From: a virus
Taxonomy: Duplodnaviria > Caudoviricetes
DNA: 54,906 bases
IMG/VR virus record: IMGVR_UViG_3300032303_000606
Span: 1 to 54,906 of that record
Direction: 5' to 3' (one strand)
The notes beneath the pieces were generated by a model that was not told the DNA's origin, searched no databases, and saw only the letters and a program-made list of their open reading frames with translations. The position numbers and the translations under genes are program-made. Numbering within the stretch: position 1 is the first letter of the stretch; the number at the start of each line of letters is the position of its first letter. Positions 25,972-36,119 of this stretch are shown piece by piece.

Positions 25972-28292
25972 TAATTAACTCCATAAATAGTAGCGGTTCC
26001 GGTAGCACCGGTCCATGTATTAGTTGTTGCTTGAAATGAAATTTGACTTATTGCTGATGTGGTAGTTCCTACTCCCCATCTTGATGCGTTTGTTGTAGCA
26101 CCAATTCCACCAGAAAGCCACATGGTTGGGTTTGGTGAATTGTAGTTTGGTATTTCAACTGTGTATATGTTAGTTATTGTTGGTGAAGTTGCGATTGTAG
26201 TTAGCGGCATTCCATTAGCAGAACCTGCTGACGTTGAAGATGTGGTTGAACCAGTTGAGTATGTTGTATAAGCAACAGTAGAACCAGAGTTTACGCTCAT
26301 GGAAAATGTTCCAGCTAGGCTAGGAACATTTGTAAATGATATTTGTACAACAAGCTTTTTGTAAGTTTGAGGAATTGAAGAAAATGATGGCTGTGTTCCG
26401 CTAAATATAGATTCAGCAATTTTAGTATATCCTTTATCTGCCCAAGTAGGGGTAACGCCAGTACCAGAGGATGTAAGCACTTGTCCGGCACTACCAGCTG
26501 AAGTGTTCATTCGAAGTTCTCTGGTAGTTCCAGAAAGGTCTAAGTTTCCAGTAATGCTTCCACCGAATGTTGAGAAAAAAGAACTCCAAGCCCAACCACC
26601 ACTGACTGGTGCATAAACTGGCGCTTGACCATAAGATGGTGACACATACTGCATGAAATCTGATGGTGAAATCGCTCTAAATGATGGTACTCCAGCAGCT
26701 CCTGTTGGTGCAGCAAAAAACCTTGATGCTGTTTGACTTGGAAGAGTAATGCTATTAAGAGTTAAGTCAGATGACCATTGAGTGTTATAGCTTGTGCCGT
26801 CAATCTTTGATAAAACTTGATTAGCAGTTCCGAGGGCAGGTACGCCCTGACCGTTAGTTCCGTTAGAGCCATTAGTTATAGTAAAAGTAGTAGTAGTTGC
26901 ATCGGTAAAAGTAATCGTATAAGTATCAACTAAACCTGCTGTTGAAGTTTTAACTACTGTAGATATTCCTTTACCAGTAGTACCTGTCGCACCATTATTG
27001 ACTGTGAATGTTGATGTTGTCGAATCAGAATAGGTAATTGTATATGTATCAACTAAGCCAGCAGTATTAGTTTTAGAAATTGTAGAAACTCCACGACCAG
27101 CAGCACCATTAGCACCATTAACTACAGTAAAAGTGGAAGTTGAAGCATCGGAGTAAGTTATTGTATAGGTATCGGTAGAACCCGCAAGCCCAGTACCAGA
27201 AGTTCTAGCGATAGATGTAATACCACGACCAGTACCACCATTAGTGCCATTTGAACCATTATATACAGTAAAAGTAGTTGTAGAACCGCTCGTATAAGTA
27301 ATAGTAAAAGTGTCTGTTGTTCCAGCAGCACCAGTTCCAGATGTTCTAGCAATCGAAGTAATGCCATTACCTGTTGCACCAGTAGCCCCAGCAGGTATTC
27401 CAAAGTTAAATGTTGCTGCACTAGAATTTCCCACATTGGTAATAGTTGGAGTTGAACCAGCAGATAGTCCTGTGACAGTTCCTACTGCAATAGTTGCGGC
27501 AGCACCGTTAGTTCCATTAGTTCCATTGACTACTGTGAAGGTGGAAGTTGTAGAATCAGAATAACTTATTGTATAAGTATCAGTAGAACCAGCAAGTCCT
27601 GTGCCTGAGGTTCTAGTAATTGATGTAATACCACGACCAGCAGCGCCATTAGACCCGTTGTAAACACTGAAAGTACTTGTAGAACCACCTGTATAAGTAA
27701 TAGTGAAAGTATCTGTTGTTCCAGCAGCACCAGTTCCAGAGGTTCTGGATATAGATAAAACTCCATTTCCAGTAGCACCAGTATCGCCTTTTAGGCCAGT
27801 ATCGCCAGTTAAACCAGTATCTCCTTTAGGACCTTGCAGACCAGTGTCGCCTTTTGGACCTTGTAGACCAGTATCACCTTTAGAACCGGTTAAACCAGTA
27901 TCACCTTTAGCTCCAGTAGAGCCAGTAGCTCCAGTAGGTCCTGTAGGGCCCGTAGGGCCGGCTGGTCCTGTAGCGCCCGTTGCTCCAGTAGCACCTGTAG
28001 CTCCAGTAAAGCCCATTGGGCCCTGTGGGCCATCATCACCAATAAGCCCCTGTAAACCCCTAGGTCCAGTAGGCCCTGTAGCGCCCGTAGGGCCAGTTGG
28101 TCCGGCTGGACCAGTAGCACCTGTAGCACCAGTTTCTCCACGCTCTCCTTGAGGCCCCTGTAGCCCCCTTGAGCCACCTCCGCCATCTCCAGAGCTATTA
28201 GGTTTTTTATCAATACGCTTAATTTCGCGTTCAACAGTATCAGCCCAATCTTGAGCTGGGTCTGGTAAATTATTATTTGGAAAAATTATCAT
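25971..28292 (-). CDS. Collagen-like fibre protein with ~42-aa Gly/Thr repeats
   Basis: Long G-X-Y tract, then six G.GI.SI..T...G..DT.TITY....STFTV.NG units; ATG at 28292 follows TATAAT. Confidence 0.85.
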   Translation of the reverse strand: MIIFPNNNLPDPAQDWADTVEREIKRIDKKPNSSGDGGGGSRGLQGPQGERGETGATGATGPAGPTGPTGATGPTGPRGLQGLIGDDGPQGPMGFTGATGATGATGATGPAGPTGPTGPTGATGSTGAKGDTGLTGSKGDTGLQGPKGDTGLQGPKGDTGLTGDTGLKGDTGATGNGVLSISRTSGTGAAGTTDTFTITYTGGSTSTFSVYNGSNGAAGRGITSITRTSGTGLAGSTDTYTISYSDSTTSTFTVVNGTNGTNGAAATIAVGTVTGLSAGSTPTITNVGNSSAATFNFGIPAGATGATGNGITSIARTSGTGAAGTTDTFTITYTSGSTTTFTVYNGSNGTNGGTGRGITSIARTSGTGLAGSTDTYTITYSDASTSTFTVVNGANGAAGRGVSTISKTNTAGLVDTYTITYSDSTTSTFTVNNGATGTTGKGISTVVKTSTAGLVDTYTITFTDATTTTFTITNGSNGTNGQGVPALGTANQVLSKIDGTSYNTQWSSDLTLNSITLPSQTASRFFAAPTGAAGVPSFRAISPSDFMQYVSPSYGQAPVYAPVSGGWAWSSFFSTFGGSITGNLDLSGTTRELRMNTSAGSAGQVLTSSGTGVTPTWADKGYTKIAESIFSGTQPSFSSIPQTYKKLVVQISFTNVPSLAGTFSMSVNSGSTVAYTTYSTGSTTSSTSAGSANGMPLTTIATSPTITNIYTVEIPNYNSPNPTMWLSGGIGATTNASRWGVGTTTSAISQISFQATTNTWTGATGTATIYGVN

Positions 28293-28313
28293 GATGCCTT
28301 CATTATACCCTAT

Positions 28314-28376
28314 AAAAAGTCCACCCCGGAGCAAAAGCTCAACAGGGTGGACGGCCACGAAGGAGGGAACGTGACA
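28314..28376 (-). ncRNA. Putative stand-alone sRNA with anti-Shine-Dalgarno loop
   Basis: TGATATAAT promoter (28382-28390); hairpin GTCACG-TTCCCTCCTT-CGTGGC; then terminator GTCCACCC...GGGTGGAC-TTTTT. Confidence 0.62.
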
Positions 28377-28395
28377 ACTAAATTATATCAGCAAT

Positions 28396-28423
28396 AAAAA
28401 ACCCCGCCTTTTGAGCGGGGTTT
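28396..28423 (-). terminator. Intrinsic terminator after the major capsid gene
   Basis: AAACCCCGC-TCAAAAG-GCGGGGTTTTTT. Confidence 0.88.
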
Positions 28424-28439
28424 CTTAGTTGGTTAAATG

Positions 28440-29567
28440 TTATGAACCAGCACCAGTAGAAGCAATTGTTCCGGTAGGAAGCAAGAATCCACCAGTAGCA
28501 ATGTGACGAATTCTCATTTCAAAGTCGTCATTGTCGAATCCACCCTCGCGAGCAGGAACGGCACCGCCACCTAGGTATAGACCACCACTAGCCTTAACAC
28601 GAAGCTCAGGAGTCTCGTATCCACGAAGGAATCCAAGAACCAAACCTGGGTTTAGCGTGTCAGCAGGTACAGGAAGTAGGAACCAGTAGTTGTCTGAGCT
28701 AGAGTTAATCTTCTTCAACCATGGGTTTACAACAATTTCGATTGAAGCTGCAAGCGGGTTGCCTGTAATAGTAGACTTAACAACTGAACCAGTTGTAGTC
28801 TCTGTACGAACCTGCTGGATAGCAAGAATCTTCTTAGCTGTTAGCTCTAGACCAGCATTTACAACAAGCACGAAACGGCTCAAAGGCACAGCGTTACGAG
28901 AGTTGTAAGTCTGTAGGTTAGCCTGTGTAATCGCAGCCTCAAGAGCTTCAAGGCTTAGAGGTGCGTTAACGGCAGTACCAAGAGCAGAGTTAGCTGTTAG
29001 AAGGTTCTGGTTAGCAGTCTTGAAGTTAGTGGTGTTTAGACCACCAGAAGCAACAAGCTGCTTAGTAACTTCTTCATCTTCCTTACCGGCAGCCTTACGA
29101 GCAAGCTCGATAGGTAGACGTTCTAGAATAGAGATGTTTCCATCATTGATGATAGATTCCCATGAGAAGCGGATACGCGCACCGGCCTTCTTTACGTTGA
29201 ACTGAGCTTCGGTGAAAGAGAACCAACCAGCAGTTGGGTACTCATCATATTCAGCAACAGTTGCAAGTGAGCCATTACGGAATGTATCACCAGCGTTGTC
29301 ATAACCTTCATCGTCATAAGCCATGTTCATATACTTAACTGGACGGAAGTCGTCTACAACAATCTTTTGTGCAAGCATGTCCCAAATCTTAGGCTGTGCA
29401 GCATAGTTTTGGAGCATGATTTTGTTAATAACAGGAGCGAGCTGTGTAGGTAGGTCGCTTGTGGCAATACCTTCCTGAAGTCTTAGCTTGGCAGTGCGGT
29501 CACCTTGGATAGCACCTTCAAGAATCTTCGCAGCTTCGACCTGACGTGGAGTAATATTTTCAGTCAT
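28440..29567 (-). CDS. Major capsid protein (Mu gpT-like)
   Basis: V.DFRP, V.EY.EY, K.GARI..SWE.I.ND, FDNDD...RIRH motifs; followed by terminator. Confidence 0.88.
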   Translation of the reverse strand: MTENITPRQVEAAKILEGAIQGDRTAKLRLQEGIATSDLPTQLAPVINKIMLQNYAAQPKIWDMLAQKIVVDDFRPVKYMNMAYDDEGYDNAGDTFRNGSLATVAEYDEYPTAGWFSFTEAQFNVKKAGARIRFSWESIINDGNISILERLPIELARKAAGKEDEEVTKQLVASGGLNTTNFKTANQNLLTANSALGTAVNAPLSLEALEAAITQANLQTYNSRNAVPLSRFVLVVNAGLELTAKKILAIQQVRTETTTGSVVKSTITGNPLAASIEIVVNPWLKKINSSSDNYWFLLPVPADTLNPGLVLGFLRGYETPELRVKASGGLYLGGGAVPAREGGFDNDDFEMRIRHIATGGFLLPTGTIASTGAGS

Positions 29568-29580
29568 TTTTTACCTTACC

Positions 29581-29925
29581 TTACGCAGCCGACTGCACTA
29601 GAATAACTGGAACATAACCAGCGGTGCTGGTTGTCTTAGCTTTCAATGCGTGACCAATGAATTTGTTGCTTGTTGCAGTTGTGGTAACAACACCTGCAGA
29701 TGTAACATACATGTTAGCGCCTACAGTTGTAGTAACTAGAGTTGAGAATTCGAACACGCCTGTACGTCTAAGAGTAGCGTAGTAGCTACCATTATCTCCA
29801 GCTTTTGCATCAACCTCAGCAACGCCAATAACCTGACCAACCTGAACCAAGTCGCCTGACTTAACAGTGCTTGCTACAGGAAAGACTAGGGAATCGGCTT
29901 TGATATAAATTTCGTTATTAGCCAT
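29581..29925 (-). CDS. Head decoration/cement protein (DUF2190-like)
   Basis: VKSGDLV.VG..IGVA..DA..G....L...GVF pattern; located between scaffold and capsid. Confidence 0.78.
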   Translation of the reverse strand: MANNEIYIKADSLVFPVASTVKSGDLVQVGQVIGVAEVDAKAGDNGSYYATLRRTGVFEFSTLVTTTVGANMYVTSAGVVTTTATSNKFIGHALKAKTTSTAGYVPVILVQSAA

Positions 29926-29937
29926 GATTTACCTTTC

Positions 29938-30894
29938 TTACTTTCCGCTAATGCGAGCTGCAATTGCAGAAAACTCGTCTAGCAGGTTAGATGATTTAGC
30001 AACAGATTCATGGATAACTCCAACTTCCTCTGATGCGGGGGCGAATGCCTCACGAAGAGAGGTAGCATAAGCCTTCTCATCTGCGATTAGCTCGTCAAGA
30101 GACTTGACGTTGTTATCTGACTTAAGGCTTTCAGCAACACGCTGAAGAGCAATCTTAGGTAGACCTGATTCGTTGAACTTTTCCGCAATGTCTACAGCAT
30201 CAAGAGCAGGAGCCACATCGGCCTCGTCCCCTTCAACCTCAACAGGCTTAGCGGATTCGACCAGTACAGAGACTGACTCTACAACTGGCGACAGTGCCTC
30301 AACGAAGGCATTTTTGAGGTCAGCAATTGCTGCATCAAATTCTTCCTTAGTAATGGACATACCATTTCCTTCCGATAGTGATTCGCTAACTTCAGTCAGC
30401 GATTTTCTTGAATAGCTTTCAAGGAGGTTAAGAAACTTACCGCCCGCTCCAGCCACCGTTACGACATCGACGCTAGTCAAAGGGTCTTCAATAAGCGATT
30501 CGATAATTGGGCCTTCACGACCCTCTGCCTCACCATGTTGGGCATCCCCAAAAGCATGGATTGACAAACCAATGTCTCCAGCCATTTCCTTAATAATAGG
30601 AGCATAACTAGAGTAAAATTCAATGTCAGCGTAAAGCGCACCTTCAGAAAAAGCTGCATCAGTAATTAATTTACCTGCAAGTTTTTGCACATCACGCTCA
30701 GGGCGAGAATTAGCGTCTGGGTGGTTCATAAATACCTTTGTGCCAGCTTTAAAAACGCCAGGACCAAAATTTGAAAGCAATGATTCAGAATAATAACCTG
30801 AAGAACCCCATCCAGATTGGATGATTTTTACACGCCATTTATTCTTACCTTCACTGGCATTAAAGCCAAGTGACTCACTTAGAGTAATTGTCAT
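29938..30894 (-). CDS. Capsid maturation protease/scaffold
   Basis: GWGSSGYYS, FMNHP, IGLSI, SVDVVTVAGAGG motifs; acidic helical C-terminal half. Confidence 0.82.
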   Translation of the reverse strand: MTITLSESLGFNASEGKNKWRVKIIQSGWGSSGYYSESLLSNFGPGVFKAGTKVFMNHPDANSRPERDVQKLAGKLITDAAFSEGALYADIEFYSSYAPIIKEMAGDIGLSIHAFGDAQHGEAEGREGPIIESLIEDPLTSVDVVTVAGAGGKFLNLLESYSRKSLTEVSESLSEGNGMSITKEEFDAAIADLKNAFVEALSPVVESVSVLVESAKPVEVEGDEADVAPALDAVDIAEKFNESGLPKIALQRVAESLKSDNNVKSLDELIADEKAYATSLREAFAPASEEVGVIHESVAKSSNLLDEFSAIAARISGK

Positions 30895-30942
30895 AAAATC
30901 TCCATACATTTAACATTCGCTATATGTAATGATACCATACTA

Positions 30943-32364
30943 TTATGCAGTTGGTTGATTATCCATACTTCTCAAAGAATTATCACTATTAGACATTTGA
31001 CCTACAGTTCCTGTATTACCTTTTGATGGTGTAGCACTGCTGCTAGAAGTAGCGGCAGGTGCGGTTGTAGCCGTAATATTATTTACTTTATCTTGAGCAA
31101 AAGGTGAAATCCCCTTGTGCATTGGTACAACATCAAGTTCATCAAGGATAGCATCACGATATTCATCTTCCCACAAAGCACCAGCCTCGTAAGCTAATGA
31201 GATAGCTTGAATCTGTCGGTAAGTAGCTTCAGACTCCATCTTAGGCCATTTAACCTCAACGCTACGCGCACCCATAAACTTTAGAACACGCTTAAACATT
31301 TGCTCCCAAATCTTTTGACGAGCCTGCATAGCCTTAATAGTTGGAACATCCAAAGTCTGTGCAGTGCCATAAGCACCAGAAGAACCAGGGTCAGACATAA
31401 GTGTAACAACAGAAACTTCCAAAGCAGAAGCAACCATAGCGGCTAAGGCGCGGCCACTACTCAAGTCAACACTACCAGCTCTAGGCAAAGAAGAAAGTTC
31501 CATGTCAGCACCAAGAATAGCTGTAGAACCTGCAGAATTAGGTGTAGCAATGGTTGCGGCCGCAGCAGTGGCACCAGTTTTTGAACGAGACTTTAACTGC
31601 CAAGCAAACATAGCCAAAGATTTTAGAATGCGAGAACCATCTTTAAGATACTCATTATATGCGTGAGCCCAAGGATAAGCAGAGAAAGCATCGGGCACGC
31701 CCCAAATAGTTCCAGTTCGTTTGTTGACCATAGAAGAAAACATTACCTTAGTTGAATCAACTGGCTGGTTTTGAATGCGTCTAGCATAGTTGCCAACAGG
31801 GGTATAAAGGTCTGAAGGATACCAGACAGAAACTTGCACAGGTTGCGCACCAGTTTCTTGACTGTGACGAGTCCAAGACCTGCGATAATAGCGAACAAAC
31901 TCACTGTCATCTGGGTCAGTAACCCAACCAGTAATCTCGCTAAAAGGAATTCTTTGAACTTTCTTAGAAGATATATCACCTAGGATAAAAAATTGTCCAG
32001 CAGTAAAATGCGCATGCTCATTGATGGCCATAGCCTGTGAACTAAACAAAACTGTTTGCGCATTATCAGATTCTAATATCTCACGAACACGGGCAGAAAG
32101 ACCCTCAAATTCAACACCTTTACCAAATACATAGCTAGTTCTAAGGCCCAAACCACGTTTCAATAAAGGATTACCGTCAACACGCTCACTCAACTGTGTA
32201 GCCAAAGTATGCAGGGATTCAAGGCTAAAAGCATCTAAAGAGTTTAGATACTCACCAAAAGGGGCCCAACCCTTATCATCCATAGACAAAATAACGTCAG
32301 CCATACGCTGATATGATTCAGAAAATCGCTCTGAATTGTTAGAAAAATCTTCAAAATCGTCCAA
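30943..32364 (-). CDS. Portal protein
   Basis: Follows terminase; NPL.KRG..LR..YVFG.G and GVPDA motifs; TTG start after GGAGA. Confidence 0.85.
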   Translation of the reverse strand: MDDFEDFSNNSERFSESYQRMADVILSMDDKGWAPFGEYLNSLDAFSLESLHTLATQLSERVDGNPLLKRGLGLRTSYVFGKGVEFEGLSARVREILESDNAQTVLFSSQAMAINEHAHFTAGQFFILGDISSKKVQRIPFSEITGWVTDPDDSEFVRYYRRSWTRHSQETGAQPVQVSVWYPSDLYTPVGNYARRIQNQPVDSTKVMFSSMVNKRTGTIWGVPDAFSAYPWAHAYNEYLKDGSRILKSLAMFAWQLKSRSKTGATAAAATIATPNSAGSTAILGADMELSSLPRAGSVDLSSGRALAAMVASALEVSVVTLMSDPGSSGAYGTAQTLDVPTIKAMQARQKIWEQMFKRVLKFMGARSVEVKWPKMESEATYRQIQAISLAYEAGALWEDEYRDAILDELDVVPMHKGISPFAQDKVNNITATTAPAATSSSSATPSKGNTGTVGQMSNSDNSLRSMDNQPTA

Positions 32365-32397
32365 AATATCTCCAAATCAATTAAATATAATTATATT

Positions 32398-33909
32398 CTA
32401 CCATGTCCAGTCAGAATAAAAAGGATAAATGTTATCCATCATGTTAGCATCAACCAAAACAGTATCACCAGGTTTAGAATTACCATAAGGAGAATTCAAC
32501 AACTTAGACATATCTAGCCCTGCATACATAGCAGCATCCAGTCTGTCAGGAGATTTCATACCCCTAGAACGCATATCATCTTTAGATTCAATTTGAATAG
32601 AACCTTTAGCACTAAACTTATATTTAATTGCCATCATCTCATCTAAAAGGTCTTTATCGGTTAAATCTAAGTCAATTCGACCCATAATCATGCCTTCACG
32701 TAAAGAATCATATCCACAAGCACGGGCATTAAGCCATCTCATGTTATCTGGAGAAGCAGCAGAACCAATAATGCTAATAACAAAATACTTACCCTGACAC
32801 ATAGTTGCCAACATATCTACAACAGGCGCTCCAAGGCCAGTAGCATCCACACGAACCTCAGACGCACCCAAAGCTACAGCCATCTCATGCACACGGTTAG
32901 CCGACTCTACAGCATTAGCTTTAGACCATGTAGACATGTGACGTAAACGGCCACCCCTATTCGAATAAACAACAGAATCATCATCACCAAAACGTGCCAA
33001 GTCAACACCCAACACCACCGGAATATTCATATCCTCTTCAATCTCACAATCGATAGCCTTATCGATAGCTTGCTGAGAGAAAAATGTGGTGTCATCTTCT
33101 TCAGGGAACTCAGCCAAAATTTTTGAGCGATATCTAGCTGAATCAATACCCCAAGCAACCTTCTGACGCTCAACCCAAGCTGGTTGAATAAGCAGAGGCT
33201 TCAAATCATCTGGAACTTTTTCACCAGTAAAATTTGGTGTATCAAAAGCAGAAATTTTTATTTTATTCCAAGTCTCATCCTCACGCATAATTCTATGAAA
33301 TTCAGTACCCCTACGGTCTGGGTTACCAATAGCCAAAACTCTAGAATCCGCAGTAGTAGTAACAGCTTCAGCAGCAGTATACAAGTCAGCAGGAATACCA
33401 CCAGCCTCATCCAAAACCACAAACACATACCTTCTGTGAATACCTTGGAAAGCAGAAACAATATCAGTATCAGCAGGACGACGGCCAAAGCCAATCAGCG
33501 TGCCATACTCATCATCAAGCTTCCACTCCTCAGACTGATTAATATGACCTGGAAGACTAAAGCCATTAACCGCAGCCAGCTTATGATTATCTTTCAACTC
33601 ACGAAACAACACACGCGCAATCTGAGGATAAGTAGGCGCAGAACAAATCAAAGCAACCTCATACGGGTCATGGACAGCAATCCACCAAGCACCCAAAATA
33701 CCAGCAACCGCAGACTTACCAGCACCATTACAAGACACCACGGCAGTGTGCGTATGGTCTACTAACGACTGACCAATCTCAGCCTGCTTAGACCACAATG
33801 TCTTACCCAAAACATCAGAAGCCCAAGCTGCAGGGTCAGTCAAATAAACTGAGTTCTTAGAGCGATTACGCAAATCCTGAATCACACCATCAATCACGTC
33901 ATCAATCAT
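32398..33909 (-). CDS. terL: Terminase large subunit
   Basis: Walker A SCNGAGKS, Walker B VVLDEA, GNP; nuclease motifs GVDLARFGDD and SPDRLDA. Confidence 0.95.
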   Translation of the reverse strand: MIDDVIDGVIQDLRNRSKNSVYLTDPAAWASDVLGKTLWSKQAEIGQSLVDHTHTAVVSCNGAGKSAVAGILGAWWIAVHDPYEVALICSAPTYPQIARVLFRELKDNHKLAAVNGFSLPGHINQSEEWKLDDEYGTLIGFGRRPADTDIVSAFQGIHRRYVFVVLDEAGGIPADLYTAAEAVTTTADSRVLAIGNPDRRGTEFHRIMREDETWNKIKISAFDTPNFTGEKVPDDLKPLLIQPAWVERQKVAWGIDSARYRSKILAEFPEEDDTTFFSQQAIDKAIDCEIEEDMNIPVVLGVDLARFGDDDSVVYSNRGGRLRHMSTWSKANAVESANRVHEMAVALGASEVRVDATGLGAPVVDMLATMCQGKYFVISIIGSAASPDNMRWLNARACGYDSLREGMIMGRIDLDLTDKDLLDEMMAIKYKFSAKGSIQIESKDDMRSRGMKSPDRLDAAMYAGLDMSKLLNSPYGNSKPGDTVLVDANMMDNIYPFYSDWTW

Positions 33910-34108
33910 CATCATCCCCCCTAAAACCAATATGCATTTCTGGAATATGATAATCAGGAGCAGGCTCCGATAATGAAGTCAAAGCCAAATTACCCCGCTC
34001 AGGCTTAGGACACTTGTGCATTTTACGCCACTCATTTAACAAATTCAACTCATCATCTCGCTCAGCAGAAAAAGCTGCACCACAACTACACGCCTCAGAT
34101 AAACTCAT
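33902..34108 (-). CDS. Small Zn-binding hypothetical protein
   Basis: E.CSCGA.F...WR..HKC motif; overlaps its neighbours. Confidence 0.7.
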   Translation of the reverse strand: MSLSEACSCGAAFSAERDDELNLLNEWRKMHKCPKPERGNLALTSLSEPAPDYHIPEMHIGFRGDDDD

Positions 34109-34613
34109 CAGAATCAGACTCCGCCAACAACTCGGCCTTAGCCATCAAAAGCCCCTGGCCCACCAAAGAATCAAGGTCATCAATAGCAACATCTGGAAAA
34201 CGTTCACGCAACTCCTTCTTAGCAAAATTTAATGCAGCATCCATAGCTCGCAACATAACAGTCTGCTGATAAGAAGACAAACGCAAAACATCAGCATCCA
34301 AACTAGACTTCTGAGAATCCAACCTACGACCCAACTCCTGCAAAGTTTGTAGCAAAAGACGAGCCGAAGTTGGGTCCTTAAACTCAACAGCATTCTGCAA
34401 CAAAGAATCCTTCAAACCATTCAACTCATGCACAAGCAACTGACGCTGCTCAACCTCAGTCCAAACATCACGGCGCGAGAGGAGGTTCTTAACATGCACA
34501 AGAGCCTGAGCAGCAGGAATACCAGTAATACGCTCAATCTCCTCACCAGACTTACCAGAAGCAGCAGCCCTCAACAAAGTCTCATCAAGAAGAGAAACCT
34601 CACCTCTTGCCAT
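34095..34613 (-). CDS. Probable terminase small subunit (HTH protein)
   Basis: N-terminal HTH-like GKSGEEIERITGIP; helical; lies upstream of terL. Confidence 0.55.
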   Translation of the reverse strand: MARGEVSLLDETLLRAAASGKSGEEIERITGIPAAQALVHVKNLLSRRDVWTEVEQRQLLVHELNGLKDSLLQNAVEFKDPTSARLLLQTLQELGRRLDSQKSSLDADVLRLSSYQQTVMLRAMDAALNFAKKELRERFPDVAIDDLDSLVGQGLLMAKAELLAESDSDEFI

Positions 34614-34752
34614 TCAAAACCTCATCCAACTTAAGATGCAAAGACTTAATCTCATTAAACACAATAAAAATCATCTCAGACAAATCCCCATTAGAAATCT
34701 CTTCAACTTCTTCAACTGCATCCTCAGGCTCATCAGCAATACCACGGGACAT
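34600..34752 (-). CDS. Hypothetical 50-aa acidic protein (not in ORF track)
   Basis: GGAGG-TTTTT-ATG; MSRGIADEPEDAVEEVEE...LNGKR. Confidence 0.65.
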   Translation of the reverse strand: MSRGIADEPEDAVEEVEEISNGDLSEMIFIVFNEIKSLHLKLDEVLNGKR

Positions 34753-34783
34753 AAAAACCTCCAAAAACTATACGAAAAATTTT

Positions 34784-34999
34784 TTACAAAGACTCATTCA
34801 ACAAATCAAATTCCACCCTGAAAGAATCGGCAGCCGCAGAAATAATATCCCACACCTCAAAATCCCCATGAAGCTCAAAAAACACCTCAACATCAGGACT
34901 ACAAGTAGCACGAAATACAGACGACGACTCATCCGAATCATACAAAGAAATTTGCATGTTCAAAGAACCCTTACCAAAATTAGAAACAATAATATTCAT
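34784..34999 (-). CDS. Hypothetical protein, first gene of the packaging/structural operon
   Basis: ORF follows a TGTATGAT -10-like element at ~35011-35018. Confidence 0.5.
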   Translation of the reverse strand: MNIIVSNFGKGSLNMQISLYDSDESSSVFRATCSPDVEVFFELHGDFEVWDIISAAADSFRVEFDLLNESL

Positions 35000-35029
35000 A
35001 AAGACATACTATCATACAAAAGCTAGAAA

Positions 35030-35260
35030 AATGGTTACGATACGAGCGTGGGGGGAGAACCCTACCCCGTGTCCTAGTTTCTGGTATAAAGTGAAGGATT
35101 TGGTGAGTGGGAAACTCGTGGCTGGAAGGTGGGCGAAGTGGATGCTGCGGAGCGTAGCGGAGCAGCTGAACGAGTCCCGCCTGAACAGACGCGACCTGCC
35201 TGGACTAAAAAAAATACCCACCCCCGACACCGAAGGTGTCGAGGGCAGGCTTTACATTTT
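35030..35260. other. Candidate replication origin or genome-end region
   Basis: Non-coding; strand-skew switch; hairpin CGACACC-GAA-GGTGTCG at 35225-35241. Confidence 0.4.
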
Positions 35261-35562
35261 TACCAAGTATCGGCTGTGCCGTTCCAATCGTCTAGGTTTG
35301 GTTCGAACTTTGCCTCTGGTTCTGGCTCTTGCCGAGCGAAGCGAGCCAAGATTCCTTCGAATGACCAAACGAAAACTGCTACTGCTAGGGCAACGAACAC
35401 CCAAGTTAGAGCAACGAACTGACCATAGTTTTGAACTCTGTCCACTCTGTCGTAGACGTTGATGTCAAACCAAATTGTGTCGGTTATTTCTTTGGTTAGC
35501 ATTGCTGCCATGCCGAGTACGGCTGATAGTGCGAAGCGTGTTCCTCTTTCGATTCCGTTCAT
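35260..35562 (-). CDS. Two-TM membrane protein
   Basis: GAAAGGTAAGGAA RBS; two hydrophobic segments and an acidic tail. Confidence 0.75.
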   Translation of the reverse strand: MNGIERGTRFALSAVLGMAAMLTKEITDTIWFDINVYDRVDRVQNYGQFVALTWVFVALAVAVFVWSFEGILARFARQEPEPEAKFEPNLDDWNGTADTW

Positions 35563-35628
35563 TTCCTTACCTTTCTAGTAAGTTGTTTAGGGGTGAGTCA
35601 GTTTATCCACTTGACTCAGGTGGTGTTT

Positions 35629-36099
35629 TTAGAACTGAGCGATGTCGTCCGCTAGTTCTGCGATGAGTGTCTCCACTGCTTCTGGCTTCACAAGGTTTAC
35701 CTTGTGAGCCTTGAATGTGCGTACATCGTTGACGGCTTCTCCTGTGTTCTTTGGTGTCCACTGGATTACATCAATGTTCAGCATAGCCCCGACTAGTACT
35801 TCAGGGTCGGCTGGCAGGTACACGCCACCGATGTGGCTTGCTACTGCTGTGATGAGTGCCTTGGTCTTGTACGCTGACTTGGCAGCGTCGCTGGTTGGGC
35901 AGAGTGTGGTGATGAAGCGTCCTGTCTGCTTTGGTCCAAGGATGCGGATACCAATCCATAGGCGGTTGGTTCCGTCTGGCATGTCAACGAACTTGCTCTG
36001 TTCGATGACTCCCGAGTAGTTGCCTACTGGGATGAGTGTTACTTCGGCTTCGGCTGTTGAGCCGAAGTTGAACGGTAGTGCTTTTGGCTTATTTGCCAT
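35629..36099 (-). CDS. DUF669-like single-stranded DNA-binding protein (second copy)
   Basis: AAAGGAG RBS before ATG 36099; LIP.G.Y...I..., L.G....I.V, N.VR.F pattern parallels 51010..51489; acidic tail ending in F. Confidence 0.6.
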   Translation of the reverse strand: MANKPKALPFNFGSTAEAEVTLIPVGNYSGVIEQSKFVDMPDGTNRLWIGIRILGPKQTGRFITTLCPTSDAAKSAYKTKALITAVASHIGGVYLPADPEVLVGAMLNIDVIQWTPKNTGEAVNDVRTFKAHKVNLVKPEAVETLIAELADDIAQF

Positions 36100-36119
36100 G
36101 GTGGACTCCTTTAGTCCTA

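Noticed and set aside
26850-28160. Diversity-generating retroelement or CRISPR-like DNA repeats
   Set aside because: The repeats are in-frame protein repeats (collagen and 42-aa units), and no reverse transcriptase is present
28293-28358. Upstream GTG start for the fibre gene
   Set aside because: It lies inside the predicted sRNA and terminator; ATG 28292 follows its own -10 element
10369-35462. Numerous + strand ORFs antisense to structural genes (e.g. 19324..19830, 27703..28152, 33184..33765, 34956..35462)
   Set aside because: Shadow frames produced by codon bias, with no RBS and no recognisable motifs
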